IMG/VR virus record: IMGVR_UViG_3300020200_000001 | Location: 1-60,489 of that record | DNA from: a virus | Taxonomy: Duplodnaviria > Caudoviricetes | DNA: 60,489 bases | Reading direction: 5' to 3' (one strand) | Translations under genes and position numbers: made by a program | Notes under the pieces: generated by a model | The model's database searches: none | What the model was told of the DNA's origin: nothing | The model's input: only the letters and a program-made list of their open reading frames with translations | Part shown: positions 34,105 to 42,658 of the stretch, one piece after another | Layout: each line of letters begins with the position of its first letter | Numbering within the stretch: the first letter of the stretch is position 1

Positions 34105-34717
34105 TTTTTAATGCCTCTTCTGCGTTGAATTCTGGATCGTGCTCGATCGTGCGCACGGCGTCCGCCGGGTCCAGGTCAATAATCGCCGTCGGTGGCGGCC
34201 CGCCGTACAGCTTTTTGATTTCCTCCAGCTTGCGCATAACCTCTTCTTTCGACATCGAATCGATCGTACCGAATCGAACCTCTTTTCGCTCGACGTAGAT
34301 CGTGCCCAGTGCCTGGCCTCGCCGGTACTCAGCCTGCACGGCCGCACCATATGCCCCGGCCTGCAGCGCAGCGTCGCGAATTTTTTGCAGGTCTTTCATA
34401 TGCCGCTCGAACGTCGTCCCGTACTTCGCATTCAGCTCGGCGCGATAAGACTGAATCGCAGCGACCACGTGCGGCGATATTTCCGCATTCGTCAGCTTCC
34501 AAGCCTTCGTTTTCGCAGACTTCTCTGGATACCCAGCGCGGATCGCGGCCTCCTTCATCGTGATCTCGCCATCACCTGATACCAGCTCCTGCACAAACTT
34601 CCATTCGCGCCCGGTCAGTGTCCGCTGCCGCTTCAACGGCGCGACCTTCGTCGTCAGGCGCTGCTGCAGCTTATTGCCCAGGATCGGGGGCGTATTGAAA
34701 ACGTCTTTCTTGCTCAT
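34001..34717 (-). CDS. terS: Terminase small subunit
   Basis: LT.RE..FV, EAAIRAGY..KSA HTH, RD.A...GAY.AAVQAE..RG. Confidence 0.82.
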   Translation of the reverse strand: MSKKDVFNTPPILGNKLQQRLTTKVAPLKRQRTLTGREWKFVQELVSGDGEITMKEAAIRAGYPEKSAKTKAWKLTNAEISPHVVAAIQSYRAELNAKYGTTFERHMKDLQKIRDAALQAGAYGAAVQAEYRRGQALGTIYVERKEVRFGTIDSMSKEEVMRKLEEIKKLYGGPPPTAIIDLDPADAVRTIEHDPEFNAEEALKNGSETRGGTVSADSGEPGGLPHHADRVEGESGNT

Positions 34718-34971
34718 GCAACTCTCCGGCAGATCCATTCGCCCTCGGTCCGCTGGCGCACGCTAAACTTCTTTGCCTGGTCTCGGCGATAGAACGACTT
34801 CAGGGCGTCCCTGGCGGCCATAGCATCCCGATGCGTGACCAGGACAAAGTAGTCACCCAGCACCATGTACTTAAACGGGTACTTCGCTCGACCGCTCAGA
34901 GCGTTGCGCCGCACCGCATGCTCCCGGGGCTCGATCCCGGCCGTCTTCACCTCTTCGTCTCTCAACGGCAT
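34714..34971 (-). CDS. Small putative DNA-binding protein
   Basis: KYPF..M.LGDYF...KFSVR....W..R motif. Confidence 0.65.
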   Translation of the reverse strand: MPLRDEEVKTAGIEPREHAVRRNALSGRAKYPFKYMVLGDYFVLVTHRDAMAARDALKSFYRRDQAKKFSVRQRTEGEWICRRVA

Positions 34972-34981
34972 CTTGCCCTCC

Positions 34982-35443
34982 AAAGTACCCAGATCAGTGT
35001 ACCTCAATAAAGTACCCATGTAAACACCTGGCCATCATCAATTTCGCGTTTCTATATAAGGGTACTTCCTGCGAAAAAAAAAATTTAAAAAAAAAATTTG
35101 AGCCGCGCGCGCACCCCGTAAATTCCTTACACCTCACGCTTATACAACAAGTACCGTGATCCGTGAACCCTTGTCCTGTCTACGTTCTTACGGCATTACG
35201 CTTATTACGGTACTTTTCACACAAAAAAACTGAAATCACTTTTTTTACAGGAAATACCTCTATATAACCACCCCGCCGACGTAATGAACCCGTTTTCTTA
35301 GGTACTTTTATTACGTCCACGAAACCCCCTAAAAGTACCCCGTTCCGGCCGTAATTCACCTCGTTTCGCGGACCACGAATTTTTGGCCAGATTTGGAGTG
35401 TGGTATAATATAGGTACTTCGGTCATTTTGATCGGGGTACTTT
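34982..35443. other. Repeat-structured AT-rich non-coding locus (candidate origin/control region)
   Basis: About 9 AAGTACC/GGTACTT boxes, imperfect inverted repeat 35053-35080 / 35240-35266, A-tracts, ATTACG repeats. Confidence 0.55.
35401..35409 (+). promoter_or_regulatory. Extended -10 promoter TGGTATAAT
   Basis: TGn-TATAAT about 60 bp upstream of 35469. Confidence 0.7.
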
Positions 35444-35468
35444 GTTCTTTAACATACAGGAGAAAGCA

Positions 35469-35720
35469 ATGAAAAAGACCAATCGCGTCTGGATCGAACT
35501 CGAACTACCTTCGCGTGACGAACCCCAGCTCGGGCATGGCCGGGCCGCTGCAGCCAGTCAGATGCTGCGAAAACTTGGGGTAGACACAGGTAAGCATTAC
35601 AGCCCTGTCTGGTTTGACGAGAAAAAGTGGCGTTATGCCTTTGTCCTAGATTCCGCAGGCAGCTTTGTCTGGGCCTCGGACCATGGTCACTGGTTCAATC
35701 TAGACTACCTGGCCAAGTAA
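35469..35720 (+). CDS. Hypothetical protein
   Basis: CATACAGGAGAAAGCA leader before ATG; own promoter and terminator. Confidence 0.75.
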   Translation: MKKTNRVWIELELPSRDEPQLGHGRAAAASQMLRKLGVDTGKHYSPVWFDEKKWRYAFVLDSAGSFVWASDHGHWFNLDYLAK

Positions 35721-35732
35721 GGCCAATTCCGC

Positions 35733-35765
35733 AGGGGGACCCCACCAGGGTCCCCCTTAATTTTT
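35733..35765 (+). terminator. Rho-independent terminator
   Basis: AGGGGGACCC/GGGTCCCCCT stem followed by T-rich tail. Confidence 0.7.
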
Positions 35766-35790
35766 GGCAAGATTCCTGTAAAGTCCTACT

Positions 35791-36243
35791 ATGCTCCCCG
35801 AACCTGCCGACCCATCCAAAGTAGTACAGACTGCACTCGGGGGCATCCGGGAGGCCATCAAGGCCGGGCGGGAGATTCATGAGACCGCCAAAGAGGTCAA
35901 CGCGTTCCTGGATGAAGAGGCTCGGGCGAAAGTGGCCTGGCGCAAGAAACAGCAAGAAGTCCAGCGGCGCGGGGACATGATGTATATCGACGCCATCAAC
36001 GAGTACAGGATTCTGGCCGGTATCAAAGCTCAGAAAGATCAGGCGTTTAAACAAATAGAGAAAGAGTTTGGGCGTAAGGCAATACAAGAAGTCAACGATT
36101 TAGAGGTAAGACTGCGGCGGGAACGCAAAGAGTTACAAAAGGAATATGACTCAGAGCGCAAGGCTTCTAGGAATACGTGGTTGATAATTATTTTGATTTC
36201 AGCCTTGGTTTACGGAATCCTTAAAACAACAAAGGTTTGGTGA
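35791..36243 (+). CDS. Coiled-coil protein with C-terminal transmembrane helix
   Basis: WLIIILISALVYGIL C-terminus. Confidence 0.7.
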   Translation: MLPEPADPSKVVQTALGGIREAIKAGREIHETAKEVNAFLDEEARAKVAWRKKQQEVQRRGDMMYIDAINEYRILAGIKAQKDQAFKQIEKEFGRKAIQEVNDLEVRLRRERKELQKEYDSERKASRNTWLIIILISALVYGILKTTKVW

Positions 36244-36279
36244 TGGCAGGAAAAGAAATGATTTACAGCACGGTGACGT

Positions 36280-36308
36280 AAAAAAGGGCCACGTGGCCCT
36301 TTTCTTTT
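36280..36308. terminator. Bidirectional terminator between convergent genes
   Basis: AAAAAAGGGCCACGTGGCCCTTTTCTTTT. Confidence 0.78.
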
Positions 36309-36690
36309 ACCGCTGCTCCCGCAGCATTACCAATGCTTCAGCGATGGCCGCCTGGGCCCCGTCGATTAGCTCCGTGGCCATGATGGTGGCGTCCGACTGA
36401 TCGACATCCATGCCGGTGCTGGATAAGCGCAGCATTGCAGCGATGCGTCGCAATCTTACCAGCGCCAGCTCGATCGCCTGCTGCTCCATGGGCACTGGCT
36501 CATGTGCAAACAGCAGGCCTGCCTGCTCGGCGTTTTCTTTGCGGACCCACCGATACTTGTACCCAGGACCTGGCTCGGGTGCCGGGGGCATTGGGACTGC
36601 GGTTTTCTGAACCCTGGTCCGTAGTGCTTTCTTCCCTGGCGGCCGACCTCGGCGCTTGGGGGCTTCAACTGCTTTCTTTGCTCGTGCCAT
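36307..36690 (-). CDS. AT-hook-containing hypothetical protein
   Basis: KRRGRPPGKK; PGYKYRWVR. Confidence 0.65.
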   Translation of the reverse strand: MARAKKAVEAPKRRGRPPGKKALRTRVQKTAVPMPPAPEPGPGYKYRWVRKENAEQAGLLFAHEPVPMEQQAIELALVRLRRIAAMLRLSSTGMDVDQSDATIMATELIDGAQAAIAEALVMLREQR

Positions 36691-37171
36691 TTTTTGGCTC
36701 CTTTGGTTTAATGGGAATCATCTTCCCGGTTCTCTGCTCAAGCTCCACAAGCGCGACGGCGCGTTTCATGTCTTGCACGGTGATGACGTCCATCTGCGCG
36801 TCGTGCAGCTCCAGCAGTTCGTTGAGTGCCGTGATCTCTGGGCCTCGGCACAAGAATCGTTTCGTCGCGGCCCCGCGACTACACACTTCGTAGAGCGCCT
36901 CGCGCCCTGCGTCCATGTACTGTTTGAATTGCGTCCCGAAACCCATGCGCAAGAGGGCGTGGACGATATTGTTCATAGCGATCAGCTTGTCCATGTCCTC
37001 TTTGTCCGCTTGGCCTTTGGTCAGGCGGTTCATAGCCATGTGGTTTCTGATCTTCAGGTTGATCAAGTAGTCGTCGTGCTTGGCCACGGGCATGAGGCTC
37101 TCCAGCACGTAGCCCAGGGGATTTTGCAGAACAGGTTTTGGGCGATACTTGCTGCGCTTGCGCATCAGCAA
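36665..37171 (-). CDS. Conserved phage hypothetical protein
   Basis: MRKRSKYRPK...NP, ELHDAQ. Confidence 0.72.
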   Translation of the reverse strand: MLMRKRSKYRPKPVLQNPLGYVLESLMPVAKHDDYLINLKIRNHMAMNRLTKGQADKEDMDKLIAMNNIVHALLRMGFGTQFKQYMDAGREALYEVCSRGAATKRFLCRGPEITALNELLELHDAQMDVITVQDMKRAVALVELEQRTGKMIPIKPKEPKNGTSKESS

Positions 37172-37374
37172 CCTCTCTCGGAAGTTTGGATAAGTATCTT
37201 TACGGGCTCGGATTGTGTGGGCAACGCGCCACCTGCTGCGTATTGCAGTGCCGCCTTTCGGGTGCGAAAGGTCAGGACCTTGTAGGACTCAAACCAGTGC
37301 ATGTCGACGCGCCCGACCAGGCGTCCGTTTTTCGCGCGCAGGGCCCAGCATTGCAGACGATTTTTTTGGGTCAT
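37165..37374 (-). CDS. Hypothetical protein
   Basis: Coupled start/stop; FRTRK.A motif. Confidence 0.6.
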   Translation of the reverse strand: MTQKNRLQCWALRAKNGRLVGRVDMHWFESYKVLTFRTRKAALQYAAGGALPTQSEPVKILIQTSERGC

Positions 37375-37778
37375 ACGTCATTCACCATGTGCCGTGATTC
37401 GAGAGGCCTGTCCCATGCATCGACTGCAGGTGCCAGGTGTTGCGTGTTCCGTGATTTGCGCTGCCTGAACTTAAAGAAGTTCTCAAGCTCAGGCTCGTTC
37501 TTGGCCAACTCACGGGCATACAAGGCGCGGTAGTTGTTGTTCAGCTTAAACCCGTCCGCGTCGCGTGCATCCAGGAAGACTTCGTAGCGCAGCGTCTCGT
37601 AAAGGCCACCGATGCCGTAGTGGTGCACACCGGCTCGGCGCACGGCCAGCGCCAGCTCCCGCAGCCGTCGGTACACCCATGGATTCTCGGCGTGGAATGT
37701 CGCAAACATCGCGGCAATGCGATCGTCGGGCTCGTTGTCCATCTCGGGCATGCGCTTTTCGTAGGCGTCGTTGCTCAT
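37371..37778 (-). CDS. Conserved phage hypothetical protein
   Basis: FHAENP.VY, E.LRY, FKLNNNY.A.YAR. Confidence 0.75.
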   Translation of the reverse strand: MSNDAYEKRMPEMDNEPDDRIAAMFATFHAENPWVYRRLRELALAVRRAGVHHYGIGGLYETLRYEVFLDARDADGFKLNNNYRALYARELAKNEPELENFFKFRQRKSRNTQHLAPAVDAWDRPLESRHMVNDV

Positions 37779-38050
37779 TTAACCTCCTCCATGTAGTTGA
37801 AGATGATCTCGTCGACCTTGTTGTGATCGGTCAGCTTCATCTTATTCTCCAGCCACGGTGCGGGCCTGCCACGCATATCAAGAATGTCCCAGGACCCGCA
37901 GCCGCCCTCGGCGGGGTAGCAGCGGTCCGGGGGCCCTGACACGTAGGCCGGGAGATATGCTTCGTAATTGATGACGCCGATGATGCAGGGGATGCCGCAC
38001 ACGCGAGCTTCGATTTTGGCGATGTAGCTTTGTGTGGGATTCGTGTTCAT
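37775..38050 (-). CDS. Conserved phage hypothetical protein
   Basis: RVCGIPC.I, ILD.RGRPA.WLE.K. Confidence 0.72.
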   Translation of the reverse strand: MNTNPTQSYIAKIEARVCGIPCIIGVINYEAYLPAYVSGPPDRCYPAEGGCGSWDILDMRGRPAPWLENKMKLTDHNKVDEIIFNYMEEVK

Positions 38051-38226
38051 GCCATCACCTTCAGTGCGTTCTCATCAAGCGTGTCCTTGCTGTATACGCT
38101 AATGCAGACCTCGCCCTTGTCTGTCTTGATGGTAATTTCACGCCAGAAGTAGTCGCCGCTACTGCTCTCGTGTGTCTCACCCATCTCAATGCGCACTACG
38201 TCGCGCACGTCTAAATTGATGTCCAT
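38047..38226 (-). CDS. Small hypothetical protein
   Basis: AGAAAGGAGAAAGCA leader. Confidence 0.65.
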   Translation of the reverse strand: MDINLDVRDVVRIEMGETHESSSGDYFWREITIKTDKGEVCISVYSKDTLDENALKVMA

Positions 38227-38239
38227 TGCTTTCTCCTTT

Positions 38240-38398
38240 CTAAAATGGTGCAGGTTCGATCTTACTCCAGTCAATACCAGGCTTGGCAAGTCGTGAACGC
38301 TTGATCTTCACCGTGATGTACTGATATTCGTCGCCAGGCTTGTCCCACACCCAGCGAATCACATGCCCCAATTCATCTAAAATCCCGTATTTAACCAT
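38240..38398 (-). CDS. Small hypothetical protein
   Basis: AGAAAGGAGAAAGCA leader; TACACT -10 upstream. Confidence 0.65.
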   Translation of the reverse strand: MVKYGILDELGHVIRWVWDKPGDEYQYITVKIKRSRLAKPGIDWSKIEPAPF

Positions 38399-38447
38399 TG
38401 CTTTCTCCTTTCTTGCGATACAGTGTATCGTAAATCTACCACAAATT

Positions 38448-38714
38448 CTACTGCATTTTCTTCCTAATTTTCGGGTCACTACCCACCAGCATCGAGGTCA
38501 GGTAATTGATGACCACGGGCAGGGGCACCGCTTCAGAAAAGGTGATCTCCTGTAAGTCCCCCAGGTCACGCTTCGCGTCAGAGATGACGGGACCGAACAG
38601 CTCATACTCCACCCCGTCGATCTTCATCAGCACAATCTGCATCATCGGGACCTTGTCACGATCCATTACATGCTTTATCAGCTTCACGAGCTTTTCTTTC
38701 TGCGATGAGTTCAT
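38448..38714 (-). CDS. Hypothetical protein
   Basis: Start MNSSQKEK after GGAG. Confidence 0.55.
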   Translation of the reverse strand: MNSSQKEKLVKLIKHVMDRDKVPMMQIVLMKIDGVEYELFGPVISDAKRDLGDLQEITFSEAVPLPVVINYLTSMLVGSDPKIRKKMQ

Positions 38715-39003
38715 CAGAGCACTCCTGGTCCATCGTAAGAATAAACAACAGTGAACACACGGCGTGTGCAAGGTGCGGCAGTCCACTTTCTCGATCGTCT
38801 GGTTCGCCCTGTAGGTAGGCGCTGAGATGGCGCAGTGCAGCGGCCGGGTATCGCTCCTCGGCACGTTTCACCTGTCGCCAGTTGTCTGGGCCGTATTTGT
38901 CAGCTCCGTACGTCAGGACGCGCACAACATCATCCAGGCCGCGAAAGGGCAGGAGGTCATAGCGCATCTTGCCCTGGTCGTATTTTTTGCCTTCCATGGT
39001 CAT
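38656..39003 (-). CDS. dATP/dGTP diphosphohydrolase-like (DUF5664)
   Basis: KYD.GK.R.DLLP, VLTYGA.KYG..NW, A.RH...GE..D.ESGLPHLAHA. Confidence 0.85.
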   Translation of the reverse strand: MTMEGKKYDQGKMRYDLLPFRGLDDVVRVLTYGADKYGPDNWRQVKRAEERYPAAALRHLSAYLQGEPDDRESGLPHLAHAVCSLLFILTMDQECSDELIAERKAREADKACNGS

Positions 39004-39260
39004 ACCGGAATGAAGGCAGGCTGTTGCGGCAGGAACAAGTAGCCCCCAATCCCCACCAGGTAATCCTCGTGCATCGTTGGGCACGTGGCCCACTGCCGTG
39101 TGTTTGCGGCGGGGTCCGCGCTAACGGGTTCGGGAGGCACGATCGGTGGTTCGATGTCATGGATAAGGCCACAGTGCGGGCACAACACCCGCGTGTTAAT
39201 TGCTTCGCCCAGGTAGATAGGCTTTGGGGTGGGCTCAGTCATTTCTGTCTCCTTTGTCAA
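39000..39260 (-). CDS. Small Cys-motif protein
   Basis: CPHCG, CP. Confidence 0.55.
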   Translation of the reverse strand: MTKETEMTEPTPKPIYLGEAINTRVLCPHCGLIHDIEPPIVPPEPVSADPAANTRQWATCPTMHEDYLVGIGGYLFLPQQPAFIPV

Positions 39261-39308
39261 CAGGAATAAATGGGTTTTAGATGGACTTATCTTTATCGTA
39301 CAACAGGA

Positions 39309-39518
39309 TCACCTTACATCAGCCGACCACTTCTTATTTTGCTCACCTACCCACAGGCCCAGGCAGGCTATCTCTAATTCTTCTGATGGAGGATTTGTCT
39401 TCAAGGCCTGCTGCGTGCCGTCCTCCTGGCCACTTGAGTACCCAACTTGATACGCAAGCGTAGTCAAGCATGTGCACAGTACCGCGCCAGACAGGATCAG
39501 CTTCAGTCGGTCTTTCAT
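39309..39518 (-). CDS. Small membrane protein
   Basis: N-terminal hydrophobic helix, AL..NPPSE.LE..C.GLW. Confidence 0.6.
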   Translation of the reverse strand: MKDRLKLILSGAVLCTCLTTLAYQVGYSSGQEDGTQQALKTNPPSEELEIACLGLWVGEQNKKWSADVR

Positions 39519-39757
39519 GGCCGTCGTTGACAGGCGAAGGCCTGATGACCGACACGAAAGTTGGAAGAGAATCGACAGTCGTCGACGATTCTCTTCTCCG
39601 TTAGGTTTTCACCGAGACTGAGCCCGATGAGTAGGAACAGTAGTGGCCAGAACGCGCGCGCCCACACGGTCTTTAATCGTGTTTTGAGCTTGTCCCAGTC
39701 GACGTTTGGAAAAAGCGGGGGAGGCCCCTGCTCAACTTGCTTTTCTTCCAACTTCAT
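39515..39757 (-). CDS. Small membrane protein
   Basis: TM helix, DCR...FRV...AF.C. Confidence 0.62.
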   Translation of the reverse strand: MKLEEKQVEQGPPPLFPNVDWDKLKTRLKTVWARAFWPLLFLLIGLSLGENLTEKRIVDDCRFSSNFRVGHQAFACQRRP

Positions 39758-39945
39758 TCTCCTTTCTGGGCCTTGTAAACCGATAACTCCTTACGAACCT
39801 GTTCCAGCTCTTCATGGGTCTTTGCCCATAGCAGCTTCCACTGGGTGAGCTGTTCAATCCGATCAGCAGCATGCAACATTAGCTCACGCACCTCGGGTTC
39901 CTGGGCGATAAGTGCCAACGTGCGCATGCGCTCAACGTAGGTCAC
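39754..39945 (-). CDS. Small coiled-coil protein
   Basis: AADRIEQL; ATGA-coupled. Confidence 0.6.
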   Translation of the reverse strand: MTYVERMRTLALIAQEPEVRELMLHAADRIEQLTQWKLLWAKTHEELEQVRKELSVYKAQKGE

Positions 39946-40180
39946 GGATCGCTCCCATAAAATTGTTCAACCGATGACGCCAGGTTGGTTTCACCTTTGT
40001 TTCCTTGATCACGCGCAGGTAGTCCTGACCATCATAAGCCCGTCCCGTTTTTTCTAACAGTAGGGCCTGCAACGCACGGACCTCCTCCATTGCAGCGTCC
40101 CGCTGGCGCATGTAGCGCGCAGCCAGGCATTGCCAGTGCTCCAGGTTGGCCTCCAACCCGGCCTTGCTCAGATCTTTCAT
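39932..40180 (-). CDS. Hypothetical protein
   Basis: Coupled within the small-gene array. Confidence 0.58.
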   Translation of the reverse strand: MKDLSKAGLEANLEHWQCLAARYMRQRDAAMEEVRALQALLLEKTGRAYDGQDYLRVIKETKVKPTWRHRLNNFMGAIRDLR

Positions 40181-40395
40181 TGCATCTCCTCAAGGATTTC
40201 GTCCTCCAGGTTGATGATGTCAGACTCCGTTAGAGAATGGAGGATGTTTGGTCTGCGGGATCCAACGCTGCCGTCGCTCAGTGGGGCGAACACAGCGGTG
40301 ATATCGATCTGCTGCGGCAAGTCCCCTTCAGGAGGCAGGATGCGGTATTCGACGTCAACGTCGAGCGTAATATTGGTTTTATGCACGTGGGGCAT
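40177..40395 (-). CDS. Hypothetical protein
   Basis: Start MPHVHK; acidic C-terminus. Confidence 0.58.
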   Translation of the reverse strand: MPHVHKTNITLDVDVEYRILPPEGDLPQQIDITAVFAPLSDGSVGSRRPNILHSLTESDIINLEDEILEEMQ

Positions 40396-40633
40396 GACGT
40401 GGCCTCGCTGCTTGCTGCTGTTCCCAGAGCTTCTTCTTGAACTCACGTTCAATCAGATCCATTGCGGCTTGTCCGATCGTGGTCTCATACAGGTTTGCTA
40501 ACTCACGCAACATGGCGTAATGCTCAGAGCGAATCGTCAGCGTGGTCCAGGGGGTCAGGCGGCGAGAAGGGGACTTCGGGGTCTTCTTCCCCGGCGGCGT
40601 CGGCTTTCGTCGTTTGCCATAGATAGCGGGCAT
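40379..40633 (-). CDS. Basic putative DNA-binding protein (RHH-like)
   Basis: AGAAAGGAG leader; TLTIR.EHYAMLRELA pattern. Confidence 0.6.
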   Translation of the reverse strand: MPAIYGKRRKPTPPGKKTPKSPSRRLTPWTTLTIRSEHYAMLRELANLYETTIGQAAMDLIEREFKKKLWEQQQAARPRHAPRA

Positions 40634-40700
40634 CTCGTTCTCCTTTCTAAAAGACATCTCAACTGTATCTGAAAAATACCTACTGCACAACCCCCAGACG

Positions 40701-40727
40701 AAAAAAAGCCCGGAGGGGTCTCCGGGC
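40701..40727 (-). terminator. Terminator after polA
   Basis: GCCCGGAG/CTCCGGGC stem plus T7. Confidence 0.78.
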
Positions 40728-40789
40728 AAATTGGCCTCTGCAAAGTTACTTCATCACCACTTTAAACCTAAAGTCGGCGCTTTGTAAAC

Positions 40790-42658
40790 CTATTGCGCTT
40801 CGCCCCAACTTGGTCCGATCTCAACGTCCACACGGCTAGGTACTTCCAAACGAACTGCCTTTGCCATGGTGTCTGCAGCTTCACGGGCCTCATCCTTATT
40901 GCGCACACTCAGTGCCACCTCATCGTGTACTTGTAGCAGTAGGCGAAACCCTGCTTTGTGCAGCGCGATCATCCCTGCCTTGGTCTGATCGGCAGCCGAT
41001 CCCTGGATCAGTCGGTTCAGGCCTTTGTAAGTCATCGCACGCTTGATCCGTGGTCCGTATTTCAGGATCGCTTCTTCGCGAGGCAGGGCCTTGTTAACGC
41101 CCCATTCAGTAGGCTCCCACAGCGGGAAGCGACACTTACGCCCTAAGAGGGTACGAATCGATCCGCCCGATGCGGGGTGGTCGATGCGGCGCATCACAGC
41201 GTCCACTGTGCCGCGCAGGAAGGACACCTTGGAGTGGAAGGTTGCGATCAGCTCGCTGGCCTCGTCCAGGGGCAAATCCAGGCTGTTAGCGAGCTTTTGC
41301 TTGCCCATACCATACATGAGCCCCAGACCGATCGTTTTGGCCGCCTTGCGCTTGATTCCGGCCATGTCAGCGACCATCTGGTGGAAGTCCGTGTCGGGGT
41401 CTTCCCTATACGCCATGGCCATCTTTTCTGCGCCAGGCAGGTCCAGCAGCGTGGCGTAGTGCACCAGCAGCCGGGGCTCTTGGGAGCTGAAGTCGTTGGC
41501 CGCCCACAGATCACCCTCTTCTGGCAGAAACAGCGAGCGCACCAAGGGTCCGATGATCTCATGGCGCGCAGGCACCTGCTGTAGGTTCGGGTTGGCCATG
41601 GACAGGCGTCCGGTGACCGTGCCGCCCTCGTCTGAGCGTAGTTGGTTGACGTGCGGATGGATGCGGCCGTCGTGTTTGGAGAAGTCTAGGTAGGGCTGCA
41701 GGAATGTGCCGTGGGTCTTGTTCAGCTCACGGGCTTCCACGATCATCTTGGCCACAGGGTGATCGCAGCCGTCAAGGAACGTCTTCGTAAAGCTCGGCAG
41801 GCCGGTGTTGGTCTTCGGGTAAATGACCTTCAGCGCGTCGAACGCGGTCGCGATACTGGCCGCTGCCCAGATATCCACAGTTCGTCCGCAAGTTTTCTTC
41901 AAATCTGCCAACAGCTTCTCTTCACGTGAGCGGTAGTCGTTGATCACCCGCTGCGCTTTATCGCGATCGAACCTTATGCCTCGCTTCGTAAGAGCGACGA
42001 GGATAGGAAGTAGGTCGGTCTCAAGAGTGAAAATCGACTCGACCTCCTCATTGCGTAGGACGATCTTGAAGTGCTTCCAAAGTTTGAGGGTAAGCGCAGC
42101 ATCTTGTTCTGCGTATGTTCCAACGTACATAGCAGGAAGCTTCCAAAGCTCCTTCTTAGGGTGGACGCCGAAGTCGCCCGCTGCTTCTTTAAGGCCCTGC
42201 TCTGACTTAACCTCTTTAAGGTAATCGAAGCCGAGCGTATTGAGGCTGTACGAAAAGCGGTTCTCGTCGATGAGCGGGGCGGCAAGCATAGTGTCAATGA
42301 TGCGACCTGAGATGGTGAATCCACTGGCCAGAAGCCACCCGGAGTCATAGGCGGCGTTATGCATGATTTTGTCGGCCGGGGTTGCAAGGACTTTTCTAAT
42401 CCAGCGTTCAACCACGCCGCGATCAAGGTTGCCACCGCCACCATGAGCGACAGGGAAGTAGCCGCTCCAACCGTCCACGGCGACAGCATATCCCACGATA
42501 TAGCCGTCATTGCGAGGCCAACCAGGGCCCATGTTTTCCATATGAGGATCACAGGTTTCAAGGTCAACTGCGATCTCCTTTGCGTCGGATAGATCTGGGA
42601 AGTGGCTTGGCGGTACCCACTCAGTCTGGGCGGGGAAAAGAGGTAGATTACGTTTCAC
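40790..42658 (-). CDS. polA: DNA polymerase family A (3'-5' exo plus pol; Leu762 variant)
   Basis: DLET, HNAAYD, TGRLS..NPNLQQ.P, DFSSQEPR, KTIGLGLMYG, IQGSAAD, QVHDE. Confidence 0.96.
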   Translation of the reverse strand: MKRNLPLFPAQTEWVPPSHFPDLSDAKEIAVDLETCDPHMENMGPGWPRNDGYIVGYAVAVDGWSGYFPVAHGGGGNLDRGVVERWIRKVLATPADKIMHNAAYDSGWLLASGFTISGRIIDTMLAAPLIDENRFSYSLNTLGFDYLKEVKSEQGLKEAAGDFGVHPKKELWKLPAMYVGTYAEQDAALTLKLWKHFKIVLRNEEVESIFTLETDLLPILVALTKRGIRFDRDKAQRVINDYRSREEKLLADLKKTCGRTVDIWAAASIATAFDALKVIYPKTNTGLPSFTKTFLDGCDHPVAKMIVEARELNKTHGTFLQPYLDFSKHDGRIHPHVNQLRSDEGGTVTGRLSMANPNLQQVPARHEIIGPLVRSLFLPEEGDLWAANDFSSQEPRLLVHYATLLDLPGAEKMAMAYREDPDTDFHQMVADMAGIKRKAAKTIGLGLMYGMGKQKLANSLDLPLDEASELIATFHSKVSFLRGTVDAVMRRIDHPASGGSIRTLLGRKCRFPLWEPTEWGVNKALPREEAILKYGPRIKRAMTYKGLNRLIQGSAADQTKAGMIALHKAGFRLLLQVHDEVALSVRNKDEAREAADTMAKAVRLEVPSRVDVEIGPSWGEAQ

